From: Macrostomum lignano | Taxonomy: Eukaryota | Direction: 5' to 3' | NCBI GenBank assembly: GCA_002269645.1 | Contig: NIVC01004247.1 | Coordinates: 1-53,372, forward strand | DNA length: 53,372 nucleotides | Shown here: positions 40,813 to 53,372 of the stretch, one piece after another | Layout: each line of letters opens with the position of its first letter | How positions within the stretch are numbered: position 1 is the first letter of the stretch | Notes under the pieces: generated by a model | Databases searched by the model: none | What the model was told of the DNA's origin: nothing | The model's input: the letters and a program-made list of their open reading frames with translations, nothing else | Program-made: the position numbers and the translations under genes

Positions 40813-41347
40813 TTTTAATTTATGACTTTAAAAGTTGACAGGTGAAGTATCAGAAACAATTAGATATTTTTATAACTGAAAACTTGCGAACAATAATAAT
40901 TTATAATTTTATAAAGTCAGACGAAAATTAGAATTAAAAGTAAAAAATAATGCCAAAATTAGTTTACTCTTAATTAATTATTACAATTATAAATAAACAA
41001 AACTGTCAATAAACCTTTTCTAAACCAAGCTAGTAGAATATATTGATTTATTAGTAGAGCACAACAAAGCTACCAGTATTAATCAACGAATCATTTCATG
41101 AAATTTCTTGCACAGCAACAAAATAATGACATTAGAAAATGGGATATCCGGGATGTTTTCAATGCAAACACGAAATCACGTTCGGCCATGATGGCCATCC
41201 CCGAAGACACTTGGGATTGCTCGGGAGTCAGGAGATAGGCAGAATGATCCCAGCGCTGGTTGTGACATTGTATGCCGGGGTTCGTGATGATGGTTTAGAA
41301 TTCGATTATTGGAAGTGAAAAAATCAAAAGTTTGAAATCAAGTCGAA

Positions 41348-44300
41348 TCAAGCGCCTCGCTCAGGTCCGGAGCCCACGGCTTTCAGATCCGATGGTCCCC
41401 TGGTAGCGAACTCCTCCCAGCTGCCATCGTAGACAGCCGCATCGGAGTTGCCAAGCACGTGAGCAGCCAGAGCCACGTGACAGGCCGTGATACCCGAGCC
41501 GCAGGTGGTCACCAATGGCCGGCTGGGGTCCAACCCGCTGGCTAAGAATTTCTTTCTAAGCTGATCCTCGGTGAGCATCCGGCCGCTCTCGGAGTCGTAC
41601 AGGCTGCGGAAGAACAGGTTGGCTGCGCCTAGCGGGTGGCCAGCGGGGAGGCCGGCTCGGGGCTCCGGCTCCTCTCCGCGGAATCTCGCTGGGGAGCGGG
41701 CGTCCGCCACCTGCGGAGTGGTGGGGACGGGTGGGAGATAAGGCTGCTGTGTCCGGCCTTGCTGGCTCTGGGTTTATCAATTTTTTCTCTTGTACATCTA
41801 CTGACCGGCCTACCCACTGTAGCTCGTGTCTATCTACCCCTTCTATCGTGTGTCTATCTACCATCTCTATCCCGTGCCTATCTACCCCTTCTATCGTGTG
41901 TCTATCTACCATCACTATCCCGTGTCTATCTACCATCTCTATCCCGTGTATATCTACTCCTTCTATCGTGTGTTTATCTACCAACTCTATCCCGTGTCTA
42001 TCTACCATCTCTATCCCGTGTATATCTACTCCTTCTATCGTGTGTCTATCTACCATCTCTATCCCGTGTCTATCTACCCCTTCTATCGTGTGTCTATCTA
42101 CCATCTCTATCCCGTGTCTATCTACCCCTTCTATCGTGTGTCTATCTACCATCTCTATCCCGTGTCTATCTACCCCTTCTATCGTGTGTCTATCTACCAT
42201 CTCTATCCCGTGTCTATCTACCATCTCTATCCCGTGTCTATCTACCCCTTCTATCGTGTGTCCATCTACCATCTCTACTCTATCTACCATCCCTATCCCG
42301 TGTCTATCTACCATCTCTATCCCGTGTATATCTACTCCTTCTATCGTGTGTCTATCTACCATCTCTATCCCGTGTCTATCTACCATCTCTATCCCGTGTC
42401 TATCTACCCCTTCTATCGTGTGTCTATCTACCATCTCTATCCCGTGTCTATCTACCATCTCTATCCCGTGTCTATCTACCCCTTCTATCGTGTGTCCATC
42501 TACCATCTCTACTCTATCTACCATCCCTATCCGGTGTCTATCTACCATCTCTATCCCGTGTATATCTACTCCTTCTATCGTGTGTCTATCTACCATCTCT
42601 ATCCCGTGTCTATCTACCCCTTCTATCGTGTGTCTATCTACCATCTCTATCCCGTGTCTATCTACCCCTTCTATCGTGTGTCTATCTACCATCTCTATCC
42701 CGTGTCTATCTACCCCTTCTATCGTGTGTCTATCTACCATCTCTATCCCGTGTCTATCTACTCCTTCTATCGTGTGTCTATCTACCATCTCTATCCCGTG
42801 TCTATCTACCATCTCTATCCCGTGTCTATCTACCCCTTCTATCGTGTGTCCATCTACCATCTCTACTCTATCTACCATCCCTATCCCGTGTCTATCTACC
42901 ATCTCTATCCCGTGTATATCTACTCCTTCTATCGTGTGTCTATCTACCATCTCTATCCCGTGTCTATCTACCATCTCTATCCCGTGTCTATCTACCCCTT
43001 CTATCGTGTGTCCATCTACCATCTCTACTCTATCTACCATCCCTATCCCGTGTCTATCTACCATCTCTATCCCGTGTATATCTACTCCTTCTATCGTGTG
43101 TCTATCTACCATCTCTATCCCGTGTCTATCTACCATCTCTATCCCGTGTCTATCTACCCCTTCTATCGTGTGTCTATCTACCATCTCTATTCCGTGTCTA
43201 TCTACCCCTTCTATCGTGTGTCTATCTACCATCCCTATCCCGTGTCTATCTACCATCTCTATCCCGTGTCTATCTACCCCTTCTATCGTGTGTCTATCTA
43301 CCATCTCTATCCCGTGTCTATCTACCATCTCTATCCCGTGTCTATCTACCCCTTCTATCGTGTGTCTATCTACCATCTCTATTCCGTGTCTATCTACCCC
43401 TTCTATCGTGTGTCTATCTACCATCCCTATCCCGTGTCTATCTACCATCTCTATCCCGTGTATATCTACTCCTTCTATCGTGTGTCTATCTACCATCTCT
43501 ATCCCGTGTCTATCTACCATCTCTATCCCGTGTCTATCTACCCCTTCTATCGTGTGTCTATCTACCATCTCTATTCCGTGTCTATCTACCCCTTCTATCG
43601 TGTGTCCATCTACCATCTCTACTCTATCTACCATCCCTATCCCGTGTCTATCTACCATCTCTATCCCGTGTATATCTACTCCTTCTATCGTGTGTCTATC
43701 TACCATCTCTATCCCGTGTCTATCTACCCCTTCTATCGTGTGTCTATCTGCCATCTCTATCCCGTGTCTATCTACCCCTTCTATCGTGTGTCTGTCTACC
43801 ATCTCTACTCTATCTACCATCCCTATCCCGTGTCTATCTACCATCTCTATCCCGTGTCTATCTACTCCTTTTATCGTGTGTCTATCTACTACTCTCTATC
43901 CCGTGCCTATCAACCATCTCTAGTCTATCTATCATCTCTATCCCGTGTCTATCTACCATCTAACCATTTTATCTCCTATCTAGCCTGCATATATCTAGCT
44001 AATCTAATACCAAATCTAATCTTTTGAGTCACACAGTTCGACTGTAGCATATCTATCAGCACCGTGTACATCTCCCGTACCCAATTTACGCCATGCACCT
44101 TATTTTCCTCACCTGCACAGACGCAGACTGCAACGCCTTGCAAAACTCTTCAAAAGACCGATACAGAGCACTTTTCTTATCTTCGCTAGCTTGAAATTCA
44201 ACCGACTGATAAACGGTTTTTAATGGGCCGCTGGTCACTCGCCGACCCTCGGCAACCCAGGCAGCCAGGCCTCCATCTAACACGCTGACAGCCTCGTGGC

Positions 44301-44643
44301 CAAACATGCGAAACATCCACCAGACCCTTGGCGCAAACATGCAATTATCGTAGACAATAACATGGCTATCATTGCCGATACCCAGGCGTTTGCCAACGTA
44401 CTCGGCAAACTGAGCAGAGCTGGGCAAAGTGTTTGAGAAGCCAGTTTCTCTGGCGCTGCATTCTGGCACGCTGAAATGTCTGGCACCGGGAATTCTTGGC
44501 GCCGCGGCGAATGAGGTTTCCACTGGGGCCGGGTAGCCGCCGGCATCAAGTATTCGAATTTTGTTATTAGCGGCATTGGATAGTCTGCTGGCCAGCCATG
44601 AACTGCTGACCAGAGCTGGGGTGACCGCCTGTCTGGCTGCCAT
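41348..44643 (-). CDS. MPST: 3-mercaptopyruvate sulfurtransferase-like tandem rhodanese, exons 44113-44643 and 41348-41710
   Basis: LVSSSWL...RIPGARHF...APRVWWMFRMFGHEAVSVLDGGLAAW; exon 2 DARSPARFRGEEPEPR, active-site loop CGSGITAC (MPST-type CGSGVT rather than TST CRKGVT), and VYDGSW.E. Confidence 0.88.
41826..43960. repeat. ~2.1-kb mixed 24/27-bp minisatellite filling the MPST intron
   Basis: Units CTATCCCGTGTCTATCTACCATCT and CCCCTTCTATCGTGTGTCTATCTACCAT. Confidence 0.97.
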
Positions 44644-45372
44644 GCAGTTATTAACAGACTTTACTACTGAAGGTGATATATAATGAAGATAATTTTTTGC
44701 AAATATTTATTCAATAAAACATTAAACTATCACTGAGATATCTAGACTTATGGGGGAATTGCTGAGATGGTAAGGATCATTTGGAAGTTGTTGGTAGGCA
44801 AAGCCAAAGTTAGATCACAGGACAGTTGGGGTTAAGGCATGAGTTAATGCATGCCTCACAAGTAGGGCACTGATTGCTGGTAGTAACAAGTAAAATTTAA
44901 ATGCAGGTTATGAAACCCAATAATCCTATTAGATTCTTATAGTCAGTTTTGAATTTTAAGTTTATTATAAAACAATATAAATTAAAAACAAATTTGTTTT
45001 AAAATGGTAGTGTTAATAAGTAAGAGAGTTGATCCTTTGGAAAAAATTGCCTTGCTAATGATAATGACTATTATAGCAACAATAATATTATAGATACATA
45101 TTTATGAAAATAGCTAACTAAAAGGAATTTGACCCTCTATAATTATGAAGATATTGTGATAAAAAGCCATAGTTTTGCCTATAGTTGTCTAAAGGAGCCC
45201 ACTAGATATTGCCAATGGAAATTAAATTTATAGGCCTACTAAGTACTATTAAGAAAGTAGACAAATAAAGATTTAAATTGTTAGATTTCTTATATAACCA
45301 AAAATATTATCATTAAAAAAGGCAAGATAAAAGTTACATCTTTTTCACATAAATTTAGGGAATACACTGAAC

Positions 45373-45903
45373 CCATTGGAAAAGTTATGCACCTATATAG
45401 GCATAAAAGGTGAGCGAGATGCACAAAAAAGGCATATTAGTGGCCTATTTTATGCGTGTTGTGGAAATGTACCTGAGTGCACCTTTTATGCCTAAATTTC
45501 ACCAATATTTTTGAAAAGAGGCATGAAAGGTGTACAATTGATGAAGTGGTTAGGCATTAGGGGAATTCTCAATTTTGATTGGTTGAGGCAATAGGGGTAG
45601 TAAAGGTGTATAAGGGGCACTCGAGGTGCATAAAACATGAACAGTAGGCTCACAAGTGAGGCAAAGCAGGTGCATGGGAGGTGCAGTAGGGGCACAGAAA
45701 ATGTATAAAAGATGAATTTGAAAGGTGGGTATATATATTTCTAATTAAACTATTTTTTTCAAAAAAGAATTAAGTCATAGCATAAATAGGTGCATACATA
45801 TGCATTTCCAAAACACACACAAAATAGGCCAGTAAATATAAGTGCCTCTTGTGCACCTTGCTCACCTTTTATGCCTATGCAGTTGCATAACTTTTTCAAT
45901 GGG
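45373..45903. mobile_element. Old MITE-like element with diverged long inverted ends
   Basis: CCCATTGGAAAAGTTATGCACC..GGCATAAAAGGTGAGC versus GCTCACCTTTTATGCC..TGCATAACTTTTTCAATGGG; no clear TSD. Confidence 0.55.
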
Positions 45904-47324
45904 AATTAGTAATAAAAATTGACTGAGAGTTACATACTCCTATATTGCAAGCATAGATTGAACATAAAAACCTATACAAATTGCTGCTATCCCTTTCCTG
46001 ATTCTCTAATCTTGAGAATGCCTAGGACTAAAAAGATGATATGCAATACATATACCAGTAGAATATATACCTAGACAGATTCACAGATACTTAGATAATC
46101 AGACTTAGATATATACAAGAACAGTTCACAGACCAATTCTAAGAAAGTAGAGAATTAGATCTAGAACAGTTGGTGGTAGCTTTTAGGATATTTATAAACA
46201 CAAAAGCAAAACCACTATTACAACTTGGTATTATAATTAGGCCTAGACTATTCTTTAAGTTTAAAGACAGGGGAACAGCACTATTACAACTTTGGTAGCA
46301 TCAGTGCTCAGTGGGATTATTCTAGAAGGCAGAAGTAACCCAATATCATTATATATTGCATATGAAGCCAAGGCCTATACTTTATTTATAAATAAAATTT
46401 ATATAAATAAATGTATAAATATATAGACCTAATGTATAATGCAAGGTGAAATTAGCTACTATTCATATTTTAGTTAGCCTAGGCATGTTGAAACAAGCCA
46501 ACTTCAATAAGTAAAAAAATCTGTATGTGTGCTAGTAGCTAATATGGGCATTATGGGGGCTCTGCCTTTATACCCCCAAAAAGGGCCCCTTTGACCCCGC
46601 TCTCTTCTAACTTTGCCATAGACAATTCCAGTAGGCCATGAAACCTACTGAATACATAGGAATAAATGGGATTTTACCATAGACAGTCTCAGTGGGTCTG
46701 CTAACTATAACACTAATATGGATAGGCTGCATCAGGCAGAAACAAGCTGATACTCCTTGGCGACATCGGCGTTAGCCATTATAGCTCATTTCTGCCCTCT
46801 GTGGCCCATCAATATTGGTATATTGTGAATTATTTAACACAGTAACCTAGAACTAGAAGATTGCCTAAGTAATAGTAACAAGTCTTAGATATTTGGCAAT
46901 TTAATTAGGCCTAATTAGTTAGGCCTATTTTTTTGCATTTAAAAGTTTAATTCAATTATAAGAATTTGATATTTTATCAGTTTGGCACTTGGCACCCTTG
47001 GTGCATCTTTCTTTGTTTTAGTGTGGCATTTGCTGGTTTCCTAGTTTCGTTCTTTTAGTAAACTTAGTCCTATCCTAGCCTCTTAAAGAGTCGAGACTAT
47101 TGTTGGTTTCATATCAAGTTAGAATTTATGTCCAGATAGTATCCTCAATTGTGGATAAACAAAATATTATTATTTAAAAACATGAACAAGCCCTATTCTT
47201 AGCCTAACCTAATCATCAGACAGAATAACTCTCATGCCTGCCTAGTGATTCATTTTCTTTTTCAGTTTTTATCTAAGAAAGTCTAATCGCGGAAATAAAA
47301 ATTCTTAGAAACGCTTGATTCCAA

Positions 47325-48053
47325 GGGTGCGTTCGAGTGACTTAAAATGACTTAAACTGTTATTTTAACGTCCTTAGTAAAACAAATGTTAAGCAGACTA
47401 AATGTAAAAATAATCTAGGTAAATGATAGTCAAATTACAATTAAGAATTAATTCAATTTCTAAAACCGGTCTAAGATTAAAAAAACGTCGCCTATACTTC
47501 TTCCAACTCAACCTGAACGCCTAGGCACCGTTTTAACTTCGCTCGCAATTACCACATTTAATCGTAATTGAATATTTTGTATTCTTCACCTTTGTTCTAT
47601 CATTTGCTTTCACGTCATATTTCACGTCACGTCACGTCAGGACAGCAATATACAATCTATAGACAATATGATTTGGTATACTTCGTATATAAGTTGACTG
47701 TGATATTAGTACTAAGCAATTATTCAAAGACTATAATGACGGGCAGCGAACTGAGCAAAAAGACGTGAAAGCAAATGATAGAACAAAGGTGAAGAATACA
47801 AAATATTCAATTACGATTAAATGTGGTAATTGCGAGCGAAGTTAAAACGGTGCCTAGGCGTTCAGGTTGAGTTGGAAGAAGTATAGGCGACGTTTTTTTA
47901 ATCTTAGACCGGTTTTAGAAATTGAATTAATTCTTAATTGTAATTTGACTATCATTTACCTAGATTATTTTTACATTTAGTCTGCTTAACATTTGTTTTA
48001 CTAAGGACGTTAAAATGGCAGTTTAAGTCATTTTAAGTCACTCGAACGCACCC
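47325..48053. mobile_element. Young PIF/Harbinger-type MITE, 729 bp, with 292-bp terminal inverted repeats
   Basis: Arms 47325-47616 and 47762-48053 are near-perfect reverse complements beginning GGGTGCGTTCGA; 3-bp direct repeat CAA on both sides. Confidence 0.85.
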
Positions 48054-48645
48054 CAAGTTTAAAATATACGTATATTGGAACACTAATACACACGTTAAAT
48101 GAATTTCCTATTCCAGAGAATTTTTTCCCATATGCTAAAAATGAGTTGTCTGTATGTGTGAGATAGATTTAGGAAAAAACGGCTTAACCGATTTTGTTAA
48201 AACTTGCACAATTCGATCAGAAGTTTTCCCGTGACGTACAAGCACCGGGGCTAATAAATTGCTAAATGTAAAATGGATTAAACATTAGAAAAAACATGCT
48301 TTTTGCTGAAGTCAAGCAGCTCTTTCGACTTACATGCATTGTAAGAATGCTAGAGAAAAAATGACTGGTTAAATTCTGATTCTGAAATAGATTGCATCAC
48401 AATAGGCTTTTATCTATTCAGTCTGTGTACTGGCTGAATTTTTACACTGAATTAAATTGCGTCACAGTAGTGAAAACGCAGCGTAAAAGCATACCTAAAG
48501 ACCTGATTTATATAGCGGAACGATATTGTTAACTAACTGAGACCTGATATTGACTGGCTGCGAAACTGATTATGTCCCATAACTGACTTGGTGTAAGTGT
48601 TAAATTATAAAGTGCTACACATTCATTTATAAATTCGATGAGAGC

Positions 48646-48702
48646 TAGCCTAGATGCGAACAGACTAGACTGCTATAATGCAGCGATCTGGGTTCGAATC
48701 TT
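48646..48702 (+). mobile_element. Possible tRNA-derived SINE head
   Basis: A-box-like TAGCCTAGATGCG at 48646 and B-box GGTTCGAATC at 48691; no intact cloverleaf seen. Confidence 0.35.
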
Positions 48703-48744
48703 AATTCGAACTAATTAAAAAGACCAGAATTATTGCACTTGATA

Positions 48745-48922
48745 AGCCGAGGATTATTGCACTTGATAAACGGAGGATTATTGCACTTGATAAGCCAAGG
48801 ATTATTGCACTTGATAAGCCATGCAAGGATTATTGCACTTGATAAGCCATGCAAGGATTATTGCACTTGATAAGCCATGCAAGGATTATTGCACTTGATA
48901 AGCCATGCAAGGATTATTGCAC
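48745..48922. repeat. 28-bp tandem repeat (GGATTATTGCACTTGATAAGCCATGCAA), with degenerate continuation to about 49545
   Basis: Direct reading. Confidence 0.9.
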
Positions 48923-48931
48923 TAGCTCAGA

Positions 48932-49279
48932 CAGGGGCGTCGCCAACGAACATGTTCCCACTTGTAAAAAAGATCTGGGAGGGCATGCCAATGCTTTGTC
49001 CCCCCACCCCATATACCTTATGACCCGTTATGGAAATTAATAATTTTGCTGCAGGGCGACAAAACATAGCGCCGGTGGCGCTAAAATAAGTGCCCGGGCG
49101 CCAAAATGAGTGGGCCTGCGGCGCCAAAATGAGTGCTTGCGGCGGCGCTAAAATGAGCGCTGACAGCACCGATTCTGAAAATAATGTACATGTAGGAATT
49201 TAGCTATGTACGAGCGTACATGTACATGTATAATTGTTGGCTTTGTCCCGCCACCATAAAATCCATGGCGATGCGCCTG
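48932..49279. mobile_element. hAT-type MITE, 348 bp
   Basis: Imperfect TIRs CAGGGGCGTCGCCA / TGGCGATGCGCCTG and perfect 8-bp TSD AGCTCAGA (48924-48931, 49280-49287). Confidence 0.85.
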
Positions 49280-50527
49280 AGCTCAGATGAGGATTATATT
49301 AATATGTTAGCTGAAAAAAGGAATTATTAATATTGCGCTAGCTGAGACTTTGATGTATTGCACAGCCTGAGAAAGCGTAGCTTAGAGAGGGATTATTGCA
49401 CTAGCTGAGACCGATTTTTGCACTTGATGAGTTAAGGATTATTGCATTCGATAAGAAAATAATTATTGCACTACTAGCTGAGAAGAGGGTTATTGTACAA
49501 CCTGAGAAAGCGATTTGCATTAGCGGAGGAAATATTTGCACTAGCTACTTGCTGTGTGGTGTATGCTTTCTATTAAATCTGGGGGGGGGGTGCTTAATAT
49601 TGTATTTGGAGTCGGGGGTGCTTTCTCTCGAGGGGGGGTGGGGGTATTTGTTATTTGACAGAGAGGGGTACTAGCTGCATGTGTCTATATGTATGAGATT
49701 CTTTCTGTCCAGGGATGCTTGCCATCTGCAGGATTCTTGCTATCTGGTGGATGCTTGCTATCTGGGGGGATGCTTACTACCTGGGGGGATGCTTGCTATC
49801 TGCGTTGCTTACTCTTGGAGGGTGGGGTGCTTTCTGTCTGGGGATGCTTGCTGTCTTGGGGATGTTTTCTATTTACGGGGAAGTCTGCTATCTTTATGAA
49901 AGCTAATTTATTTTGTTGCTTTTGGCTAAATAAAAAAGAGATTCATAGCAAACATCTTTGTCCGTGACAATTTTTAATTGAATAAGGTGATTTTTAAAAC
50001 TGAAGAAGGAATTGGTTCTTAAGAAAATGTGCCTTTTAATTTTTTTCATGAATAATTTTTGCTCCTTACTTTTTGGGCGCTCCGAAGGGGGACACTAGAT
50101 TGCTAGTGCAAACTGAAAGCGCAAATTTCTGTTAAAATCGAGCATTCCGTAATAAGGTCATGCCAGCTGACCAACCCCAGACCTCTGAAGGCTTCCGTGA
50201 ATTAATTGCTGCAGACAATCACCGCAAAAGAACAAAGGGCCACGGACAGTGCCTATATCATGTAAAAGGGCAGCTGCCGCCCCTCTGTGGCTCTACCCCC
50301 CCTCGTTTTGCTATGGCATAGACAGGGGCGCCCACCAAGAGGCAGGGATGGGACACCAAATATTCCCCCCCCTCGGCGGTCCTCGGCGGTTCGCGTCCTA
50401 CCCAACAATTAAATGTGGTCAGTGGTCACACTCCAAAGACTTATACGATTATAGCACACGTTTGGTATCAAGAGAGGTGTTTGGTATTGCTGGATATATA
50501 TATACTCTCTTGATGCATATGTATCGG

Positions 50528-52560
50528 CTTGACTTACTTGACTTACTTGGCTGTCCCAGAGGGACACAGCGGGAAGGCGCGAACACCCATTCTGCTAATC
50601 CCTGAATGGCCGACGCGTCGCTATAGATGAAGGGTTGGCGCCGCCCAGGGAGGTCCCCCAGTGTCGCAAGCAGCTATAGTGCTCTCTGGAAATGAGAGTT
50701 CAGCCCTGCGGGTGGCCCGAAGGCAGCGCATGAGCTGATTAAAGTTTTCGGGTTTGCACGCTTCAGTAATAGATGTGTGTGACCCGAGGTAAGTGAGTCT
50801 GGCTCGCGTAAGGCGGGACAGATGCTGACGAAATGCTCAGCGGTTTCGTCACCTGAGTTACAGAAGCTTCAGGTGGCGTTGGTGGCGTTGCCTGCAGGTA
50901 CTGGTGCCTAGAGAAGCAGCCGTGACCTGAGAGGGTCATGGTGGCAGCCCGGATGTCTCTGCGCGAGAGGCTCAAGAGGAGCTTCCGGAGCTGGTGAGAG
51001 GGCTGAGGGACAGCGCCTCTGGATTGCTGCAGGTAGTGCAGTTCGCCCAAGTCGAGCGGTGCTGGTCCTGATCCACGTTTTGATTCGCGAGTCAATGACA
51101 CAGCCAGGAATCGGGACAAGGGTTCGGGACCGAGAGAGGAGCCGGAGGCGCCAACTTTTGCAAGGGCGTCAGCCAACTCATTTCCTCGGATCCCCATATG
51201 CCCCGGAATCCGTTTAAGGGTGATTTTGTTGGTGGAGATCAACACGTTGAGGAGTTTGATACAGTCGAGGACTGTATCAGAATTGGTGCTGCAGCCACTG
51301 ATGGCGTGCAAGGCAGCTTTGCTGTCCGAATGGAAAATGATGTTCTTACCGGTAACGCCAGTGGCGAGGACCTCTGCGATGCGGGAGCTGATGGCGAGAA
51401 CTTCATTTTGGAAGACACTGGAGTTGACCCCAGTGTACTGAGCGTGGGTTGCGATGACCCTTCCGTTCAGGAAGATTCCAACACCAAAGCCGGTGTTGGC
51501 TGACTGTTTAGAACCGTCGGTGTAGCAATGAAGCTCACCAGGGTTCCAGTGGTCATTGATGGTATCGCATGAGTCGATAGCTACAGAGTAGCGTTGTCTC
51601 AGGTTGAGCGTTGAGGCAATGCCATCGTGAAGACGCGATTGGCCTGACACTCGTTGAGAATGTTGAGGCACAGGTCGCTATGCGGGACGAGGTTCCGCTT
51701 AGCAGGTGCCCTCATGTAAAGGAATTTGACACCGGCATCGAGTAAACGCCGCGTCGTTCTAGCCGCCTCACCCCTGACGAAGAGGTCGAGAGGCGGTAGA
51801 TTAAGGAAGGCCCCCATGCCGGCAAAGGGCGTGGACCTGGTGGCGTTGCAGATAAGCCTACACGCTCTGCCTTGGATCGTGTTGAGCAGGTCTGCATGGC
51901 TTTTGACCTGGGTAGCGCTAACCCAGACAACAGAGGCGTACGTAATGGCAGGTCTAACTACGGAAGTGTAGATCCACCAAAGTCGCTTTGTGGATAGACC
52001 CCAAGAGGTGCCAAGTGCTCGTCGGAGCTGGGCCAGGATGGCTGAGGCACGCTTGGCATTTGCTTTCACGTGAAGGACCAGTTGAGCCGGTGGTCAAGTA
52101 TGACCCCGAGACATCTGGTCTGGTGCGCGAAGGCAATATCTCTGCCGTATAGCTGCAGAGGTCGTATGTTCCAGCGTATTCTGTGGGTGAACATATGGCA
52201 ACAGTTTTGGGCTCAGATAGTTCCAGACCGTTGTCATTGGCCCAGGATTCTGCTTTGCGGATAAAGCTCTGCATCAGATCCCTGAGCGTGCTGGGGGATG
52301 GCCCTGCCACAATGGCAGTGACGTCGTCAGCATACCCGACTTTAGGACGGGATCAGGTCGGGAGTCGCCCAGAAGAGCGTCCATGACCAGGTTCCAGAGC
52401 GTCGGGGTGTGGACTCCGCCTTGGGGTCCGCCCTTACAGACTCTGGCGGAGGCAGTTTGCCCGAGAAGTTGGGCAGTGACGTACGGTTAGAGATCATGTA
52501 CATGATCCACCGTATGAGGGTAACGTGAGCTTTGCGGTTTTGAAAGGCCCTCGCCCTTCA
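50528..52560 (-). mobile_element. 5'-truncated, frameshifted non-LTR retrotransposon (RT + RNase H + zinc knuckle; I/R1/LOA-like)
   Basis: PQGGV..PTLWNLVMDALL and GYADD (RT); YTDGSK...VFQNEV...SDSKAAL...IPGHMGIRGNELADALAK (RNase H); x..FC...DET.EHF...CP knuckle with the first Cys turned to TGA; short tandem tail (CAAGTAAGT)2. Confidence 0.88.
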
Positions 52561-53372
52561 AATATCTAGTTATAGCTATAGCTATAGCTATAGTGCATAC
52601 ATGTATCGGATATACTCGTACATGTATGCACGTAACCACACCCAATATTGTAGATCACGTTACCCACATGCTTGTTCATAGGTTTCTGAATAGAAACTCG
52701 AGCCGCCTTTGAATTGAACTACATTGGCTGAATAATTGAACGCACAGTATATAGCTAAGCGACTTAATTTCGCTGTTTATTAGTATACGCGAGCGGAAAT
52801 TTATGTCAGGAGTTCAATTCTGTCCACGAGAATTGCCTGCCTGCGTAGGGGTGTCTTCGCTATATATTAACATGCAATATATAGTTTTGCTTATTTCGGA
52901 TCCCATTTTGAGCCCAGTTGCTCATGCATGTAGATTAGCTCGTATTGAGTCCGAAATAAGATACAGGGGGGGGGGCGCTGCATTGAGTCAAAGCAACTGC
53001 AAGCCACGGGTTTTTTTCAGAGTGAGCATTCTCAGTCCACATGAGTTTGCATTAAATAATTCTGGCATGATATAGTGCTGTATTTACTCAGGGTGGTTAT
53101 GAAATGCTTGAGCTTAATAATGTACCAATGTGAATTATAGTTGAGCAATTGAAAAGAAGGGATCGAAGTCATTTAATATGAGAATGTGAACTCCCGGTAC
53201 AGCTGGTTAACTCTCGATCCGGGGTTGAGCTTACAGTTTTAATCGCCTATAATATTTTTGCGTAACAGATCGCGCACCCAATAATTTCCTCCGATTATAT
53301 AGAGCAGTGCAGGACAAGGCGGAGAAGAATTCAAAAAAGCTATAGTTAGGTGCCATAAAAACCCAGAGCAAG

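Noticed and set aside
41556-44027. Four 730-775-aa ORFs
   Set aside because: Stop-free readings of the 24/27-bp intronic minisatellite of the sulfurtransferase gene; open in several frames on both strands.
48646-48702. Functional tRNA gene
   Set aside because: Only box A/B similarity; acceptor and anticodon stems could not be paired.

Overview
Animal (invertebrate) genomic DNA, not prokaryotic. Evidence: spliceosomal introns, many filled with minisatellites; the style resembles a flatworm such as Macrostomum, which I cannot verify. The main feature is a complete-ended endogenous Polinton/Maverick (adintovirus-like) virus at 1966-16688 (14,723 bp). It has AGTAGT...ACTACT ends, ~91-bp terminal inverted repeats and a 6-bp CACATT target-site duplication. 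Its right arm carries a full virion/integration module: dUTPase, PLA2-domain protein, packaging ATPase, penton, pX-like protein, chromodomain integrase, basic core protein, hexon and adenain protease. Its left arm is unusual: two spliced genes (an orphan and a probable OB-fold ssDNA-binding protein), an internal ~37-bp array, a previously unannotated TATA-binding-protein (TBP)-like ORF split by one homopolymer indel, and a protein-primed PolB reduced to N- and C-terminal stubs joined by a G-rich microsatellite. A TATAAG(C) motif precedes most virion genes. Together these suggest a virus-encoded TBP plus its own late-promoter motif, analogous to herpesvirus vTBP/TATT; this is inference and untested. 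The rest is host DNA: 3' exons of an unknown gene, a frameshifted PAN/C-type lectin gene, a 13-exon cyclic-nucleotide-binding-domain gene (+), RFT1, GCHFR and an MPST-like sulfurtransferase (all -), several MITEs, a decayed RT-RNase H LINE and many tandem arrays. All protein assignments come from motif recognition by eye; no database search was run.
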